Shown piece after piece: positions 25,558 to 37,934 of a DNA stretch of 53,669 nt. Each line of letters starts with the position of its first letter. Position 1 is the stretch's first letter. The position numbers and the translations under genes were made by a program. The notes beneath the pieces were generated by a model, which did no database searches, was not told where the DNA came from, and saw nothing but the letters and a program-made list of their open reading frames with translations. Source of the stretch: Octopus sinensis. Its lineage: Eukaryota. The stretch lies in the NCBI RefSeq assembly GCF_006345805.1, contig NW_021834321.1:1-53669 (forward strand), given 5' to 3'.

Positions 25558-26180
25558 TGGCTGGCAGAAACGTTAGCACGCCGAGGGAAATGCTTAGCGG
25601 TATTTCGTCTAGCGTTACGTTCTGAGTTCAAATTCCGCCGAGGTCGACTTTGCCTTTCATCCTTTCGGGGTCGATAAATTAAGTACCAGTTACGCACTGG
25701 AGTCGATCTAATCGACTTAATCCGTTTGTCTATCCTTGTTTGTCCACTCTGTGTTTAGCCCCTTGTGAGTAGTAAAGAAATAGGTATTCCGTCTGTCTTT
25801 ATGCTCTGAGTTCAAATTCCGAGGTTTACTTTGCCTTTCATCCTTTCGGGGTCGATAAATTAAATATCAGTTGTGTACGGTGGTCGATCTAATCGGCTTG
25901 CCTCCTACCCCCAAATTTGTGTCTATAGTAGAAAGGATTATTATTATTATTATTATTACTACTAAGCCTCGAGCGGGCAAAATCGTTAGCGAGCAGGGTA
26001 AATTACTTAGCCGTATTTTGTCTGCCACTTTGTTCTGAGTTCAAATTCCGCTGGGGGTCGACTTTGCCTTTCATCCTTTCGGGGCCAGTAAATTAAATAC
26101 CAGTGAAACAGTGGGGTAGAGTATTAGATTAGTCCCCTCCCCTAAAAAATGGCTGCCCTTGTGGCAATATTTGAAACCAT
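25558..26180 (+). mobile_element. SINE family B dimer plus monomer
   Basis: Three gagttcaaattccg B-box units. Confidence 0.85.
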
Positions 26181-26311
26181 TATTATCATTACTGCATAAT
26201 GCCCGTCTGCTCCCGCTGGAAGCGATGTTTGTTGGTAACATTGTTGTTACTTTATAAGCCATTTAAGAAACACACAAAAGCCGTTCGATTCACTTCAACA
26301 TTTAAATTTAA

Positions 26312-26362
26312 TTTGTCAAAATATTTTCGTCGCTTTGAGACCGCGACCTGTTCACTGACAAA
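26312..26362 (-). ncRNA. Minimal type I hammerhead ribozyme with variant core (G3:C8, extra G after A9)
   Basis: Minus strand reads tttgtca-GTGAACA-g-gtcgc-ggtctcaaa-gcgac-GAAA-atat-TT-tgacaaa: 7-bp helix I, perfect 5-bp helix II, palindromic helix III. Confidence 0.75.
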
Positions 26363-26478
26363 GCTTCGTGCTGCATCAGATGCAGCACGCAGCACGAAGC
26401 TTTGTCAGTGAACAATATTTGTCAGTGTGTTTATATGGGTGAGTACGTGTTAATTATTCCAAGCAAGTATGTATATAC

Positions 26479-26516
<38 letters not shown>

Positions 26517-26533
26517 GAGATGCAGCACGAAGC

Positions 26534-26584
26534 TTTGTCAGTGAACAGGTTGCGGTCTCAAAGTGACGAAAATATTTTGACAAA
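26534..26584 (+). ncRNA. Second copy of the G3:C8 variant hammerhead
   Basis: tttgtca-GTGAACA-g-gttgc-ggtctcaaa-gtgac-GAAA-atat-TT-tgacaaa; helix II changes become G-U pairs. Confidence 0.72.
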
Positions 26585-27014
26585 TTAAACTTAAATGTTG
26601 AAGTGAATCGAACGGTTTTGTGTGTTTCTTAAATGGCTTATAAACACCTTCCACACTGCAATTGTTTTCGTTCCAGCACACGATCTCAGATCAAGTCACT
26701 CGCTATGCAAGTACATCTCCGTAATTGTTGTTACTGCTGCTGTTAAACTTTTATTTTTCTTATCTTAGTTGTAAGATTTTGTAAGACATATTTGTTGTTG
26801 TAACATTTGTAAGACACAGAGAGAGAGAGAGAGAGAGACGGGGGGAGAGAGAAACTATCCCCTGATAGAAACAACATAGTGAGATCACTGTTAAAAGAAG
26901 TCTTCTCTGCTCCCATTGTAAATCGTGTCTTGTAAATACTTTACTGGACGACATGCGGATGGTATAACTTCCGGTATTTTTCAGACTCCATCCACTTTCA
27001 CACTCAACCCCTTT

Positions 27015-27670
27015 CTAAATCTTCTTGTTGGTGTTGTTGTTGTTGTTCTTCTTCTTCTTTTCCGTCTTCTTTCCCTTCTCTTTCCCTCCTCCTCCTTCTT
27101 TTTCTTCTTCTTCTTCTTCTTCTTCTTCTCCTTCTTTTCCGTCGTCTTTTCCTTCTCTTCCTCTTCCTCCTCCTTCTTCTTCTTCTTCCACTTCTCCTTC
27201 TTCCTCCACTTCTTCTCCTTCCTCCCCTTCTTCTCCTTCTCTTCCTGCCCCTTCTTCTTCTTCTTCTTCTTCTTCTTCTTCTTCCACTTCTCCTTCTCCC
27301 TCCTCTTCTTCTTCTCCTTCCTCCCCTTCTTCTCCTTCTCTTCCTCCCCTTCTTCTTCTTCTTCTCTTCTTCTTCTCCTTCTTTTCCGTCGTCTTTTCCT
27401 TCTCTTCCTCTTCCTCCTCCTTCTTCTTCTTCTTCTTTTCCGTCTTCTTTCCCTTCTCTTTCCCTCCTCCTTCTTCTTCTTCCACTTCTCCTTCTTCCTC
27501 CACTTCTTCTCCTTCTCCCCTTCTTCTCCTTCTCTTCCTGCCCCTTCTTCTTCTTCTTCTTCTTTCTTCTTCTTCTTCCACTTCTCCTTCTCCCTCCTCT
27601 TCTTCTTCTCCTTCCTCCCCTTCTTCTCCTTCTCTTCCTCCCCTTCTTCTTCTTCTTCTTCTTCTCTACT
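27015..27670 (+). repeat. Polypyrimidine (CTT/CCT) tract with higher-order block duplications
   Basis: Nearly pure C/T; repeated blocks at ~27058/27437, ~27135/27382 and ~27187/27480. Confidence 0.92.
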
Positions 27671-29754
27671 TCGTTCTCAATTCTTACTTTGATATATACC
27701 ATTTAGCCATTTCTCCCCCGCCCCAACTCTTTCCCTCTCCCTCAATTTGTTTCTTCTTTTTTTCGCTATTTCTCCACCTCCACCTCCACCGCTATCGTTA
27801 TCTATTTTATACGCCATGTTTCTTTATTTCTAACCCTTCCGTTCCTATTTTTTATTTTCTTCTTTTTCTTCACCTTTACTTCTTCTGTAACTATTTTTAT
27901 TATTGTCTCTTCCCGCTCATTTCAGCTTTCTTACGTATCTTCCTCTCCTCCCCCACCACTGTCCCTTACCTCCAAATGTCCTTCCTTTTCTTTATCCTTT
28001 TCACTTCTCCTCTCTCTTTCATCCTTTCTCTCTTTCACCACATTTTCCATTCTAATCATTCTCTATATCTGCGTATTTCTTCACCTCTCACTTCTTCCCC
28101 TTCTCTTTCTTTTTCCTTCATTCATATATTATTTATTTCCCTGATTTCTTTTTAATTCATTTATTTATTCATGTTTTCCTTCTCCCTGATTCTCATTCAT
28201 CTTAATTTCTCCTTCATTCCTGCCAACCCTTATTCATCACTCCTCCTCCCCCACCTTTCCTTCATTCCTCCCACAATCGCTCTCACTTCCCCTCCCAACC
28301 TTTTCTCTCCACTCACCTCTCCCTATACCTTAACCCCCTTATGTCCCAAATCTCCCTCTTATTTTCTCTGTCTTCTTCCCCTTATATTATCTAACCAATT
28401 CCCTTCACACTTTTCAACATTTAATTATGGTTCTTTTCCTCTTCTCCCTCGCCCCAACCACGCTCCCTCCTCATTCTCTCACTCACCTTCTCTCCCCCTC
28501 TCTTTGTCAATACCTTTCTCACTCCCCTCTCTCTTCCCCTTCTCCCCCTCTTGATTCTCTCACATTGTGTGTCTCCCCCTTTCTCGTCTTCTCCATGTCT
28601 CTCCATCTCTCTCAGACTCTCTCCCACTCCTCCTCTTTACTCTTTCACATTCCATTCTCTCCCTCCCTTGCTTTGCATATACCTTTCTTTCTCTTAACCT
28701 CTGTCCTCTCTCCCACGCTTCCACTTCACTCCCTCGTTCTGTGTGGCTCTCCCCCTCGTTCTATCTATGCCTCACTCTCTGTCTGTCTGTCTCTCTCTCT
28801 CTAACTATCTATCTATCTACCTCTCTCTATCTCCCTCTCCCGTGCAACATTTACATATTTATTTACTTATTTATTTATTTATATATTTATTTATTTATTG
28901 CCATTTTAATCGTTAGAAGCGATAAAACTGATTTATTTAGCAGCAGACCATTGAACCAATTCTTTGACTTGTCACTGACTTACCATTTTACTTACAGATT
29001 TCTTGCCCTTTCTTAGCGTGTCGTGGGAACGTTTCTATGGGCCCTGGGAAAGATTCCAACCAATATCTTGTCGCCTTTTTTTTATTGTAGCCTTCATGAA
29101 AGAAAGCTACATCTAAATTCAAGTTCTTGACATAAAATACAACGTCTTAACAAGTGATGAGATGTTGTGGCTTCATTCATTTCTCAAAGGCATTGGATTA
29201 TGTAACCAATTCCTTTCAGACTTTTGCAACACCTCCACAACGCTCCCTCTTCATTCTCTCACTCTCATTCTCTGTCTCCCCCTCTATTTTTCTGTCTATA
29301 CCTTTCTCTCTCCCCCTCTCTTTCTTCCCTTAAGATTCCCCTTTCTTTCTCTCAAGATTCTCCCCTCTCTCTCCCTAAGTTTAGGTGTAGGGCTATTGTG
29401 AGCACCTGAGGCAGGTGCTTTAATCCGGTTTCTCTTGCGTATAAGTTACTGAAATTATAACACTAACCCCTGGATAGGACGCCGGTCTTTCGCAAGGTTA
29501 ACTTCCCAAATAGTTTAATGTTAAATGGATTGGAGCAATGTACAAGAATACAACGTCTAGGGATCGAAACTACAACTTTGTGATCGTGAGATAACACACT
29601 AGCTACTATCCACAAAGTGACGCATGATTCTATCTGAGAATCGAAACCGTAAGTTAGATATTACTCTCCGACAGCTTATGCCTTAAAACAAAAGGCTTAA
29701 CATTGAGCAGAGACATGCCCGTCCCTTTAAAGAAGACAATAATTAGCATCACAA

Positions 29755-31290
29755 TATATGTGTATATATATATATGTATATATATATATTATATATATAT
29801 ATATGTGTGTGTGTATGTATGTGTGTATATGTGTGTGTGTATGTATGTGTGTATATGTATTGTATATATATGTATGTATGTGTATATATATGTATGTATA
29901 TATATATATATATAATGTAGTTATATGTACGAATGTGTATATGTATATATATATGTATGTATGTGTATATATATGTATGTATGTGTATATATATGTATGT
30001 ATGTGTATATATATGTATGTATGTGTATATATATGTATGTATGTGTATATATGTATGTATGTGTATATATGTATGTATGTGTATATATGTATGTATGTGT
30101 ATATATGTATGTATGTGTATATATATGTATGTGTATATATATGTATATATATGTATATATATGTGTGTATATATATGTATATATATGTATGTGTATATAT
30201 ATATATATATGTGTATATGTATGTATGTGTGTATATGTATGTATGTGTATATATATATATATATGTGTGTATATGTATGTATGTGTATATGTATATGTAT
30301 ATATATGTGTGTATATGTATGTATGTGTATATGTATATGTATGTATATGTATATGTATATATATGTATGTGTATATGTATGTGTATATGTATATATATGT
30401 ATGTGTATATATATGTATGTGTATATGTATGTGTATATGTATATATATGTATGTGTATATGTATGTATGTGTATATGTATATATATATATATGTATGTGT
30501 ATATGTATATATATGTATGTGTATATATAATGTGTTGTATAATGTATGTGTATATGTATATATATGTATGTGTATATGTATGTATTGTTATATGTATATA
30601 TATATATATGTATGTGTATAGTGTATGTATGTGTTATGTATATTGTATCTTGTATATGATATATATGTATGTGTATATGTATGTATGTGTATATGTATGT
30701 ATGTGTATATGTATGTATGTGTATATGTATATATATGTATGTGTATATGTATGTATGTGTATATGTATATATATGTATGTGTATATGTATGTATGTGTAT
30801 ATGTATATATATATGTATGTGTATATGTGTATGTGTATATGTGTATGTGTATATATATATGTGTAAATGTATATATATGTGTATATGTATATATATTGTA
30901 TATGTATATATATGTGTATATGTATATATATATGTTGTATATGTTATATATATATATGTGTGTATATTTATATAATATATGTTGTATATGTATATGTATA
31001 TATATATATTGTGTATATGTATATGTATATATATAATATGTGTATATGTATATTATATATATATATGTGTATATGATATAATATATATATATATATGTGT
31101 ATAATTATATGTGTATATGTATATGGTTATATATATATATATGTGTATATGTATATATATATATGTATATGTGTATTATATATGTGTATATGTTATATAT
31201 ATTATATATATATGTGTATATGTATATATATATTATGTGGTATATGTTATATATATATATATATATATGTGTGTATATATATATATATAA

Positions 31291-31323
<33 letters not shown>

Positions 31324-31415
31324 GTGTGTATATATATATATATATATAATATATGTGTGTAATATATATATAATATATATATATATATATTGTATATATA
31401 TATATATATATATTA
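29755..31415 (+). repeat. 1.66-kb compound (TA/TG/TATG)n microsatellite
   Basis: Direct reading. Confidence 0.97.
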
Positions 31416-31628
31416 TGTGAAATAGAAGATGAATAATCTTGTAGTAGATTAATCAAAAGTTTAACCGATACCTTAGTAGCAAAAATCACAGCAGTAAACA
31501 GCACGGTTGGAGGTACAACCATCTGGCGTTGCAACCGTGCGTTGGTGCGGATAATTGAAATTAAAACATTATTGGTGAATTGAAGAAATGGAGCTGAACG
31601 CAGATTGAACAGAAATCGTTTTATTTCA

Positions 31629-31708
31629 TTCTACACGTGTTTCGAAAGGCACAAATTACCAAAATCCGATGGAATAATGGGACCATATTGTGTCTTTCTC
31701 TTCAGGAA
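31629..31708 (-). ncRNA. Type I hammerhead ribozyme, canonical core
   Basis: Minus strand: ttc-CTGAAGA-gaaagacacaa...ttgtgcctttc-GAAA-cacgtg-TA-gaa; helix II 10/11 paired, palindromic CACGTG helix III. Confidence 0.82.
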
Positions 31709-33457
31709 GAAAAAGGAATCCGTTGGAAAAACAAAAACAGAACAGGCGGAGCAAAAAACAAATCGAACTGTGCTCCTAAGAGCCCATGGCGAAACTGTTT
31801 ATCAGTGTATGTTGAGAACCGGTGGCTGAAGAATTCAACGGGTCAGGCATCGGTCAATCATGTGGGTGAGGGTGTATAGATGTTCTTTGTGACCGAGAAT
31901 AAAGTTCTGACTATTTAAGGAATATTGGATGTTTTATAAGGGGCGAGAAAAAATCTACTTAGAGACGTGTGTGTGTGTATACTGTTCTATATATGTGTGT
32001 GTTGGCGTAGGGGTAGAAAACATTTTTTGTGTACGTGTGTGCGTTTGATCGTTCGGCTGTCAGTGGCTACATATATATATATGTGTGTATATATATATGT
32101 ATATATATATATATGTGTGTGTATATATATGTGATGCTAATTTTTCTACGAGACATAAGGAAATAACAATGACAAGTATAGGCTTCGATCCAGAATCGAA
32201 AACAACTGTCCAGTTTACGAAATGTATGCCTTTTGCAGACTCCACTGCAATCCAGGTTTTTGGATTCAGAGCATCAACTTAGCCTCCGCTCTCAAAGGAT
32301 TTTACAAGGACCTTGAGTACTGCCTTTTCTTGACTATGAAGTAAAACTTATCAGAGCTGTTGGCTTATTAGTGGCTTATTATTGTTACGATTGAAGAATT
32401 GGCGATTCTTTCTTTCTCAGCAGCATAGACAGAATAAAAACCAAAACAACGTCGCAGTGTTTTCTCGGGTATACTTCCGGAAGCGGAACACTAACCCCAC
32501 AAACCACACAACTAAAATTTAAATATATTTATACAATAACAGAAATATGTATGATTTAGATAAAGTAAAATGTTCTTTCATCGTAAGCAATCTTTAAAGC
32601 TAAGGCTTTGATGTAACTTTAGATTTCTCGACGCAACACATTTTCCAAGTATTTTGATTTATATTGTGTACTATGTTGAAAAAAAAAAGCAGTTTAGATA
32701 TGTATTTATTTCAGAAATACTTCCGTTTTACAAAACAACAGACGAAGAAGAATCAATGTTATGGAAATGGAAAAACTGATAGACAAAGCAGAAAAGAAAA
32801 GAAAGCAGGGAAATATATATATATATGTATATATATTGACTTCTTAATTCCTTGTGTTAGGAAATAGGAAATCCATTGATTTTTCAGAAGATATCTAAAT
32901 TATGGACCCCGGATAACGGAATAGCAAAGGCAGCCTTATAAAATGTATAAGTTCCAGCGATAGTAGTAAATAGGTAACGGGTATATGGTTTGTCACAGCA
33001 TTAGCCTTATTTGCATATTTGGTGTTTAAGAGAGTGGAAGGAATTAACCGATTTAGCAGTGAGGTGGTTACATCCTACAAGCGAGTTTCGTTTAGGAAAG
33101 TGGATGGCTATAACTTATGGAAAATGAAGTATAATTAGGCCATAAATATAGCCATCTTCAGATATTAAAATAGGAATAAGGGTAATACTTACATTTCTTT
33201 TTCATGGTAATCATCCTATTTCGAGACTATAGTTACACACTGTTTTTTTTTTCTTATTCAGTTACCTTCAATTACTATGCTAAACAAATCTGGAAGCCTT
33301 GCCAAGTAAAAGACGTTTCGTCGTTGGAGTAAGCGAAGAGCTCAACGTTAAAACAGTTAAGACTTTTCATTTATTAATTTTAGCAAAACATATATTGTAT
33401 GTGTGTGCGTGTGTATGTACGCGCGTGCATATATATCTTTATTAATACACACACGTA

Positions 33458-33735
33458 CATATTCTGTTGTTTCTGGGGAGAGTCATTTTCTTTTTGTGCC
33501 TTATAATGTAACACACTCACCGGTAAAATTTCCACTTATTTCATCTTTTCATTTTCCTAAAATTTTCGTTGCATCTTGCAACCTTTTCAAGTGTCAAGAC
33601 TATTGCAAAGGTTGCAAGACGCAACGAAAATTTTAGGAAAATAAAAATAAGGAATAAGTGGAAATTTTACCGGTGAGTGTGTTACATTATAAGGCACAAA
33701 AAGAAAATGACTCTCCCCAGAAACAACAGAATATG
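33458..33735. repeat. Foldback hairpin, 133-bp arms, 12-nt loop
   Basis: 33458-33590 is the reverse complement of 33603-33735. Confidence 0.92.
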
Positions 33736-33748
33736 CTTCAATACTCTT

Positions 33749-33782
<34 letters not shown>

Positions 33783-33789
33783 ACACACA

Positions 33790-33858
<69 letters not shown>

Positions 33859-34186
33859 GAGAGAGAGAGAGATGTGTGTGTGTGTGTTTAAGTATGTATG
33901 TGCGTATGTATGCATGTATCGGATGCGCGTGAAGCCATGTAAGCGTTGATATGTGTGTTCGATTCCAACGCGTTCAGCTGATTATTTTTCAGTCATTTTA
34001 GATTATGTCACTTTAAACGGAGCATATATATTATTATAATACATTATTATAGTTATTATTGTATAAGAAACATTTTGGTTGCTTTTCTCCGTAACTTATC
34101 AAGTCTTCGGTTTTGTTTACAAAATTATATATACATATATATTCGTTTTGCAAGATTTTTGATGTGAATTAGTGTATTGAAACAGA

Positions 34187-34858
34187 TAGTGTTGTATTTA
34201 GGAATGGTCATGTTGCCAGTTTAGCCAATGAAAACACACGCACTATATATTTAATGTTTATTTGTTTCAGCTTTATTTTATATAAATCGTATTTCGGCCA
34301 AAGTTCTTTCGTCATACTTCTCTGACCTCATCAGTGGTCCTTTGCTTTCTTCTTCCTTTTTTGTATCTCTCTTTCCTAACAATCTGCCATTTTGTATTTG
34401 TGCTGTATGTCTCTTTATTTGCGCATGCGTATATCCCTGTGTGTGTCTATGTTTAGTATGGTACCTGCTTTATCAGTATCCCCTGTTTCTTCACGTTCGT
34501 TTAATTTACTTTTATTTATTTTATTATTCATTGTTTTTATCTACGTACTTTTCATTTCTTTCTTTTTTTATTAATTTAATTTAATCTATTTTGTATATCC
34601 GTGTAATTATTTAATTCCATTTATTTATCTGTCTATTGTATCTGCCTATCTAATACAATACACAGATAAATAAATGGAATTAAATGATTATATACATAAA
34701 CAAAATATGATTAAATTAAATTAATGCAAAAAGAGAACTCTGGCCGAAATACAATTAATATAAAATAAAGGCGGAGCAAGTGAACACAAAATATATAGTG
34801 TGTGTGTGTGTTTCATTGGCTAAACTGGCAACATGACCGTCCTCAAATACAACAAATA
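34187..34858. repeat. Nested inverted repeats with HHR
   Basis: Outer arms ~34187-34306 and ~34735-34858; inner hairpin ~34561-34641 and ~34653-34734. Confidence 0.8.
34296..34340 (-). ncRNA. Minimal type I hammerhead ribozyme
   Basis: Minus strand: ggacca-CTGATGA-g-gtca-gagaagta-tgac-GAAA-gaac-TT-tggcc; extra G after A9; helix III very short and not fully palindromic. Confidence 0.65.
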
Positions 34859-34873
34859 TATATATATACATAC

Positions 34874-34904
<31 letters not shown>

Positions 34905-35154
34905 TGTATGTATGTATGTATGTATGTATGTATGTATGTATGTATGTATGAATATGTATGTATGAATATGTATGTATGAATATGTATATGTTTATATATA
35001 TTATAGATATATATATATATATATATACAAGAAAGAATTAACTGCTGTTATAATTGTAGCAGAATGAACTTAAAGAGAAAAATAGTCCAACCATAATTTT
35101 GAGTGGCAGAAGAGAATAGCAGTGGAGGGAATAATTTGGTAATTAGTTACAATT

Positions 35155-35660
35155 ATATGTATTTGTATATATATATATGTATATATACACACATATATAT
35201 ACATATATATAAATATGTATATATATATATATGTATATATACACACATATATATATACATATATATACACATATATATATACATATATATACACACTATA
35301 TATATACATATATATACACACATATATATACATATATATACAACACATATATGCTATATATACACACATATTATATACATATATATACACATATATATAC
35401 CCATATATATATACATCTCATATATATAATACCACATATATATATACACTATTAATATATACATATATATATATATATACACATATATATATATACATAT
35501 ATAATATATACCCTATATATACCACACATATATATATACATATATATATATATATAAGTACACATATATATATATATACATGATATAATATAACATACAC
35601 ATATATATACAACACACATATATATATCATATAATAGATAGATAGATAGATAGATATTAA
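35155..35660 (+). repeat. Compound (TA/CA)n microsatellite
   Basis: Direct reading. Confidence 0.95.
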
Positions 35661-37197
35661 TATATAAACAAGGACGAGAAAAAACAGAAATATTACACAA
35701 ATACAAATAACAGGACATAGCAACAGTTGTCTTTCGACTAAGGACGAATTAAATTAAGCTGGGCGTGTGTGGGAGCAAAGGGACATAGGATTTAACAAGC
35801 ACAGGAAGGAATATAAATGTTGCACGGACAGTAGTCCAACGATGAAAGGTCAGGCCTGGCTGAACACCGGTCACGTGAGGAGAGAAAGAGAGGTTGAGGC
35901 AGAGGGATAGAAGAATTAAGGAGGGACGGGAGAAAAATGAAAGTGACACAGTGTAGTGAAAGAGGGAAAGTGAGCATGAAGAGAAGGTCAGGAAATGTGT
36001 GAGAGAGAGAGAGAGAGAACGAAGAGTGGAATGAACGGAGTGTGAAAAGGCTGATAGAAAGAATGAAGGAATACAAAGAACAATAGTCGCACAAAATTTA
36101 GATATATATATACTTACATATAAAAGACCAAAGTGTACGTACGCCGCTATATTTTATATATAAAACCTACAAAAATCGGACAAAAGCGCAAAACATCCAG
36201 ACAGGTGAAACACAAAAGGGACAACAAAATATCCAGGCAAACGATACAAGGAAAACATTTCGAGTTTTCTATCCTCAGTCGAGTTCCAGATTATCTTTGC
36301 AATTTTGGCTGGTTATAATCGAGATTGCTCCAATCTGGTCGATTTGCTCGACTAAAGTCGTTGCTCCAGCATCGCCGCGGTCAAATGACTGAAACAAGTA
36401 AATGAGTAAAAGAGAGAGTAAAGGGTATATATATATATATATATATATAATATATTATATATATATATATATATACATATATATATTAATAATTAGGGAA
36501 TAAATCCAAACTTAGAGGGAAAGATCAGATTTAGGATTAAATCCAATTTTATAGTATAAATATATTATATTATATTATATTAAATTAGAGATAAAACCAC
36601 TATTAAGCAAATCAAACAATGAAAAACATAAGCCAATACATAAAATTAATTTAATTTATATTATTTTAAATATATATCAAAAGTATTAAAAGTTTAATAA
36701 AAGATAAAGAGTATATATATATATATATCTATATATACTATATATATATATATATACGCATACATTCAACTAAAACCCTTGAAGTTGGCGCTCCAGTATG
36801 GCCGTTGTCGAATGACGTAAACAAGTTTACGATAAAAGTTAAAGCCAGCTGCCATACAACGACTGAGTACTGAAAATTATCCTTATAGTACAATCCCAAG
36901 TGTTAGTAAGTTAGACGATGGTAGTCTTTGATCTAACGTTAATGGCTTGTTGTGGTGAGTTTTATTGCTTTCGATGAAAACTTGAGCTGAATCTCCCATG
37001 TCGAATGAGAAGGTAGCGAAATGGCAAGATTCTTTTCAGTTTTTAATTTTGGCATTTATTTTTGTAATTTTTTTTTTTTATTTAATTTATTTAATTTTTA
37101 TAGTGTTGGTTCTTTAAATCTATTTCATTACACAGATAATTAAAACATTTTGGGGTCATAAAAATAACTATCGGATCCAATTTAAAATCATGCCCGG

Positions 37198-37243
<46 letters not shown>

Positions 37244-37485
37244 CATATATGTATGTATGTATATACATACATATATCTATATAACACATAATATATGTAT
37301 GTATATACATACATATATATATATATATGTTATGTATATACATATATATATATATATATACATACATATATGTATGTATATACATACATATATATATATA
37401 CACACATACATATATGTATGTATACATACATATATATATATATATGTATGTATATACAAGCACACACTATATGTATGTATGTATG

Positions 37486-37536
<51 letters not shown>

Positions 37537-37539
<3 letters not shown>

Positions 37540-37834
37540 CTTCATTACCTTGACCGACCTGTCCGTCGGGCGTCCATTTGACACCGCTGGTCACAGTACG
37601 CTGTCCACTCTTCTCTGGATCGTGTCTTTCTCATCCACGTGATCCTAATCGCCCTCTTGAAATCGTAACTCCACCGTCGTGGAGGCCTTCCGAGTGGTCG
37701 TTTCCGTTGCGCGGGCACCACTCGATAGCTGCGCGGGTCCACGAATTATCAGTGAGCCGGGCGACGTGTCCAGCCCATCAAAACTTGCTGCGTGAGTATT
37801 CTACGATGACGTCATCACGCCGGACTTCTCTCTG
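37537..37834 (-). mobile_element. RTE-clade LINE 3' fragment
   Basis: WAGHVARLTDNSWTRAAIEWCPR, frameshift, then RKRPLGRPPRRWSYD; inserted between (TA)n tracts. Confidence 0.88.
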
Positions 37835-37887
37835 ATGACTAACTACTCATGTGCTCTCGTTGAGGGAGCACATCAGGAGCGAGGTCA

Positions 37888-37927
<40 letters not shown>

Positions 37928-37934
37928 TTTATAT

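Larger units (their letters stand above)
26251..26720. mobile_element. Head-to-head pair of the ~205-nt HHR-bearing element (Penelope pLTR or retrozyme-like)
   Basis: Arms 26251-26377 and 26519-26644 are reverse complements; full forward unit 26516-26720 is bounded by GGAGATG...CATCTCC. Confidence 0.75.

Noticed and set aside
26925-28155. Ser/Phe-rich and Arg/Glu-rich ORFs of 188-376 aa
   Set aside because: Open in most frames on both strands because of CTT/CCT repeats; no domain evidence.
29758-31420. Long ORFs of up to 367 aa (YVCMCI-type) and similar ORFs across the window
   Set aside because: Translations of TA/TG microsatellites that lack stop codons by composition.
31706-31865. Possible exon (tttctcttcag acceptor, gtgagg donor, one open frame)
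   Set aside because: The acceptor is the reverse complement of the HHR core and helix II; the peptide is unrecognisable.
33068-33380. Weak hammerhead-like pieces on the minus strand (CTGAAGA at ~33154; GAAA-cg-TC at ~33315)
   Set aside because: Helix I and II registers do not fit without several assumed mutations.
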